DNA of 64,000 nt, taken from the sequence record NC_017972.1, one strand, 5' to 3'. Each line of letters begins with the position of its first letter. Positions within the stretch are counted from its first letter, which is position 1. Both the position numbers and the translations under genes were made by a program. The notes under the pieces are model-generated. The model made no database searches, was not told the DNA's origin, and worked only from the letters and a program-made list of their open reading frames with translations. This document shows positions 62,430 through 64,000 of the stretch, piece by piece.

Positions 62430-62777
62430 CTAGGCCTCAATCCACGACGCCAGAATGTTGTGGGCTTTCAGGAATTTGCACCACTCAACAATGCCGTGAC
62501 CGGCGCCCAAAACCTTGCCGTTTTTCTGCACGCTGAAATCAGGCAGCAGCGCGTCATCTGCTCGCGTAACGGTCAACGTGCCGAAAATTTCGTTGCCGTG
62601 GTACAGGTCGAAAACCACGGTGGCAATTTTCGTGGCTTCGTCATATTTACGCTCAATCAGCATTGTGCCCGGACGCACGCGGGTAACAGTGCAATTGAGC
62701 ATTGAGCGGCGAACGTCTTCGCTCAGGTTCAGCGCCATTTTAATATGGTGGCGCGGCTCACTTACTGGTTGGATCAT
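62430..62777 (-). CDS. hypothetical protein (115 aa)
   Basis: ORF track. Confidence 0.72.
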   Translation of the reverse strand: MIQPVSEPRHHIKMALNLSEDVRRSMLNCTVTRVRPGTMLIERKYDEATKIATVVFDLYHGNEIFGTLTVTRADDALLPDFSVQKNGKVLGAGHGIVEWCKFLKAHNILASWIEA

Positions 62778-62791
62778 TTTGTAGCTCCCTG

Positions 62792-63082
62792 TTAGTTTTT
62801 GTGCCAGCCGCTTTTGGTTATGTAGGCGTTCAATTCGCCCATACCAGAACCACTATGCAGCTTGGTTTGCGTTCGGTCGTAAACAGCAAAATCGAAAAGG
62901 TTTAAATCTACATCCGACACAGTGAACGCGATTCCGACAAGCCACGTCTCTGCACCGCGTTCACGAATCTGCAAATGCAGCGAGTACGGATATTCGACTA
63001 CGTTGGTTTGCATACGTTTGCCGAACAGGCTTTGCGCCACGTTCATGCAAATGCGCAGCGATTCGTCTACCCTTTCCGTCAT
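62792..63082 (-). CDS. hypothetical protein (96 aa)
   Basis: ORF track. Confidence 0.72.
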   Translation of the reverse strand: MTERVDESLRICMNVAQSLFGKRMQTNVVEYPYSLHLQIRERGAETWLVGIAFTVSDVDLNLFDFAVYDRTQTKLHSGSGMGELNAYITKSGWHKN

Positions 63083-63108
63083 TTTCCTACCCTCCTAGTT
63101 TCACCCCC

Positions 63109-63134
63109 TAAGCGCACCGTTCTAGATGCGCTTA
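63109..63134 (-). repeat. variant of the hairpin family, copy F
   Basis: TAAGCGCATC-tagaac-GGTGCGCTTA, followed by GTGAAACTAGG as in copy B. Confidence 0.45.
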
Positions 63135-63147
63135 ATGGATTAACTGT

Positions 63148-63504
63148 TTATTTGTTGCTGTCGCGGAAACCGAGGCCGTCGATAAAACGCATCCATGCGC
63201 CCCAGCCTGTGCCAGTGCGAATTACCGCACCGTGACGCAGCGCTTCAAAGTTCGGCTCTGCGTCGTCGTCGCCTTGCGCGAAGTGAACCCACACGTTAGG
63301 ACCGCCATCAGTGAGCGTGTAGGTGGCGAGCGCCTGCTTGCCGTCTTCGTCGTATTCGCCATTGCGAATCATGCTGAAAACGGAATCGCGCATTTTGCTC
63401 AGGTATTCAGCATCCACCAGCGAGCGCAGTTTGAATTCCATTTGATCGGCGTGCGAAAGGACCGGGAAAACAGTTGCTTCGGTTTGCTTGATAACGTTGT
63501 TCAT
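63148..63504 (-). CDS. hypothetical protein (118 aa)
   Basis: Start MNNVIK after GGAG. Confidence 0.7.
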   Translation of the reverse strand: MNNVIKQTEATVFPVLSHADQMEFKLRSLVDAEYLSKMRDSVFSMIRNGEYDEDGKQALATYTLTDGGPNVWVHFAQGDDDAEPNFEALRHGAVIRTGTGWGAWMRFIDGLGFRDSNK

Positions 63505-63523
63505 GGTTTTGATTCTCCGTAGA

Positions 63524-63649
63524 TTAGAATTTGGTGGCGCCGCGTGGTTTTGGCTGGGCTTTCTTTTTGCGGTATTCGATAGCAACCGGAATTGCGAACA
63601 GGGCAGCGAAAGCAACAATAACAGCGATATCAATAACGGGATTAAACAC
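63524..63649 (-). CDS. single-TM peptide with basic tail (41 aa)
   Basis: Manual translation MFNPVIDIAVIVAFAALFAIPVAIEYRKKKAQPKPRGATKF; AGGA upstream. Confidence 0.6.
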   Translation of the reverse strand: MFNPVIDIAVIVAFAALFAIPVAIEYRKKKAQPKPRGATKF

Positions 63650-63660
63650 AGTGGTATTCC

Positions 63661-63885
63661 TTACTCGGCGGTGAAATTGGAAAGGGTGCAGGTGACTTTG
63701 TGCTGGTGCTGCTGGGGAATGACCGTGGCGATTACCATGCGGGCACGCTCGGCGGTATTCGTTTTGGCGATTGCTTCCTCCGCGCTTTCCGCGCTTACCG
63801 GAAAGCTAACGGTCTTGTTTACAGCTGCGTTCGTTTCGTTGCTGGTGAACGTGGCAGTGAATTTAACGTTGTAGATGCGTTTCAT
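63661..63885 (-). CDS. hypothetical protein (74 aa)
   Basis: ORF track. Confidence 0.7.
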   Translation of the reverse strand: MKRIYNVKFTATFTSNETNAAVNKTVSFPVSAESAEEAIAKTNTAERARMVIATVIPQQHQHKVTCTLSNFTAE

Positions 63886-63903
63886 GGTTAGAACCCTCGG
63901 TGG

Positions 63904-64000
63904 TTACTGGGAAATGGTTTTGCGGAAACGGCGGGCAGCGTCGGAAACTTCGCGCTGGCGATTTTCGTCAGCAACGCGCAGTTCGATTTCCCAAGCCCAG
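63904..64000 (-). CDS. 3' end of a gene starting beyond the window
   Basis: ...WAWEIELRVADENRQREVSDAARRFRKTISQ*. Confidence 0.6.
   Translation of the reverse strand, partial: WAWEIELRVADENRQREVSDAARRFRKTISQ

Noticed and set aside
51711-63134. CRISPR array or REP elements from the repeated hairpins
   Set aside because: Copies are dispersed singly between genes, with no regular spacers and no cas or RAYT gene
14-63891. Long plus-strand ORFs (e.g. 14..1441, 2982..4679, 16328..17806, 24683..26140, 47592..48881)
   Set aside because: They are antisense shadows of minus-strand genes, span several real gene boundaries, lack motifs and have atypical composition

Overview
All 64 kb is one tightly packed, single-orientation (minus-strand) array of about 125 mostly small genes, often with overlapping stop/start codons. 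I found no tRNA, rRNA, CRISPR array, integrase or transposase, and no housekeeping, virion or core replication genes. This pattern fits the accessory (host-takeover) region of a large lytic, probably T4-related jumbo phage infecting a gammaproteobacterial host (inference). Recognisable products include three Nudix hydrolases, a YgiC/GspS-like ATP-grasp ligase next to a YgiB/DUF1190-like lipoprotein, an HD phosphohydrolase, a NADAR protein, three GNATs, an RlaP-type nucleotidyltransferase, a LemA-like plus TPM-like pair, a 2OG-Fe(II) oxygenase and several HTH/RHH proteins. The most striking observations are: (1) two divergent acyl-carrier-protein-like domains in which the phosphopantetheine-accepting Ser is replaced by Asp or Glu (candidate ACP decoys); (2) three proteins resembling the Janus/PHPT1 phosphohistidine phosphatase fold; (3) a truncated gp41/DnaB-like helicase domain lacking the Walker A Lys; (4) a strand-specific 11-mer AACTGTAAATA in 8 exact copies (candidate phage promoter), three sigma70-type promoters and a recurring GCAUUC/GAGUGC intergenic RNA hairpin. 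All family assignments are from motif recognition by eye; no database search was run.
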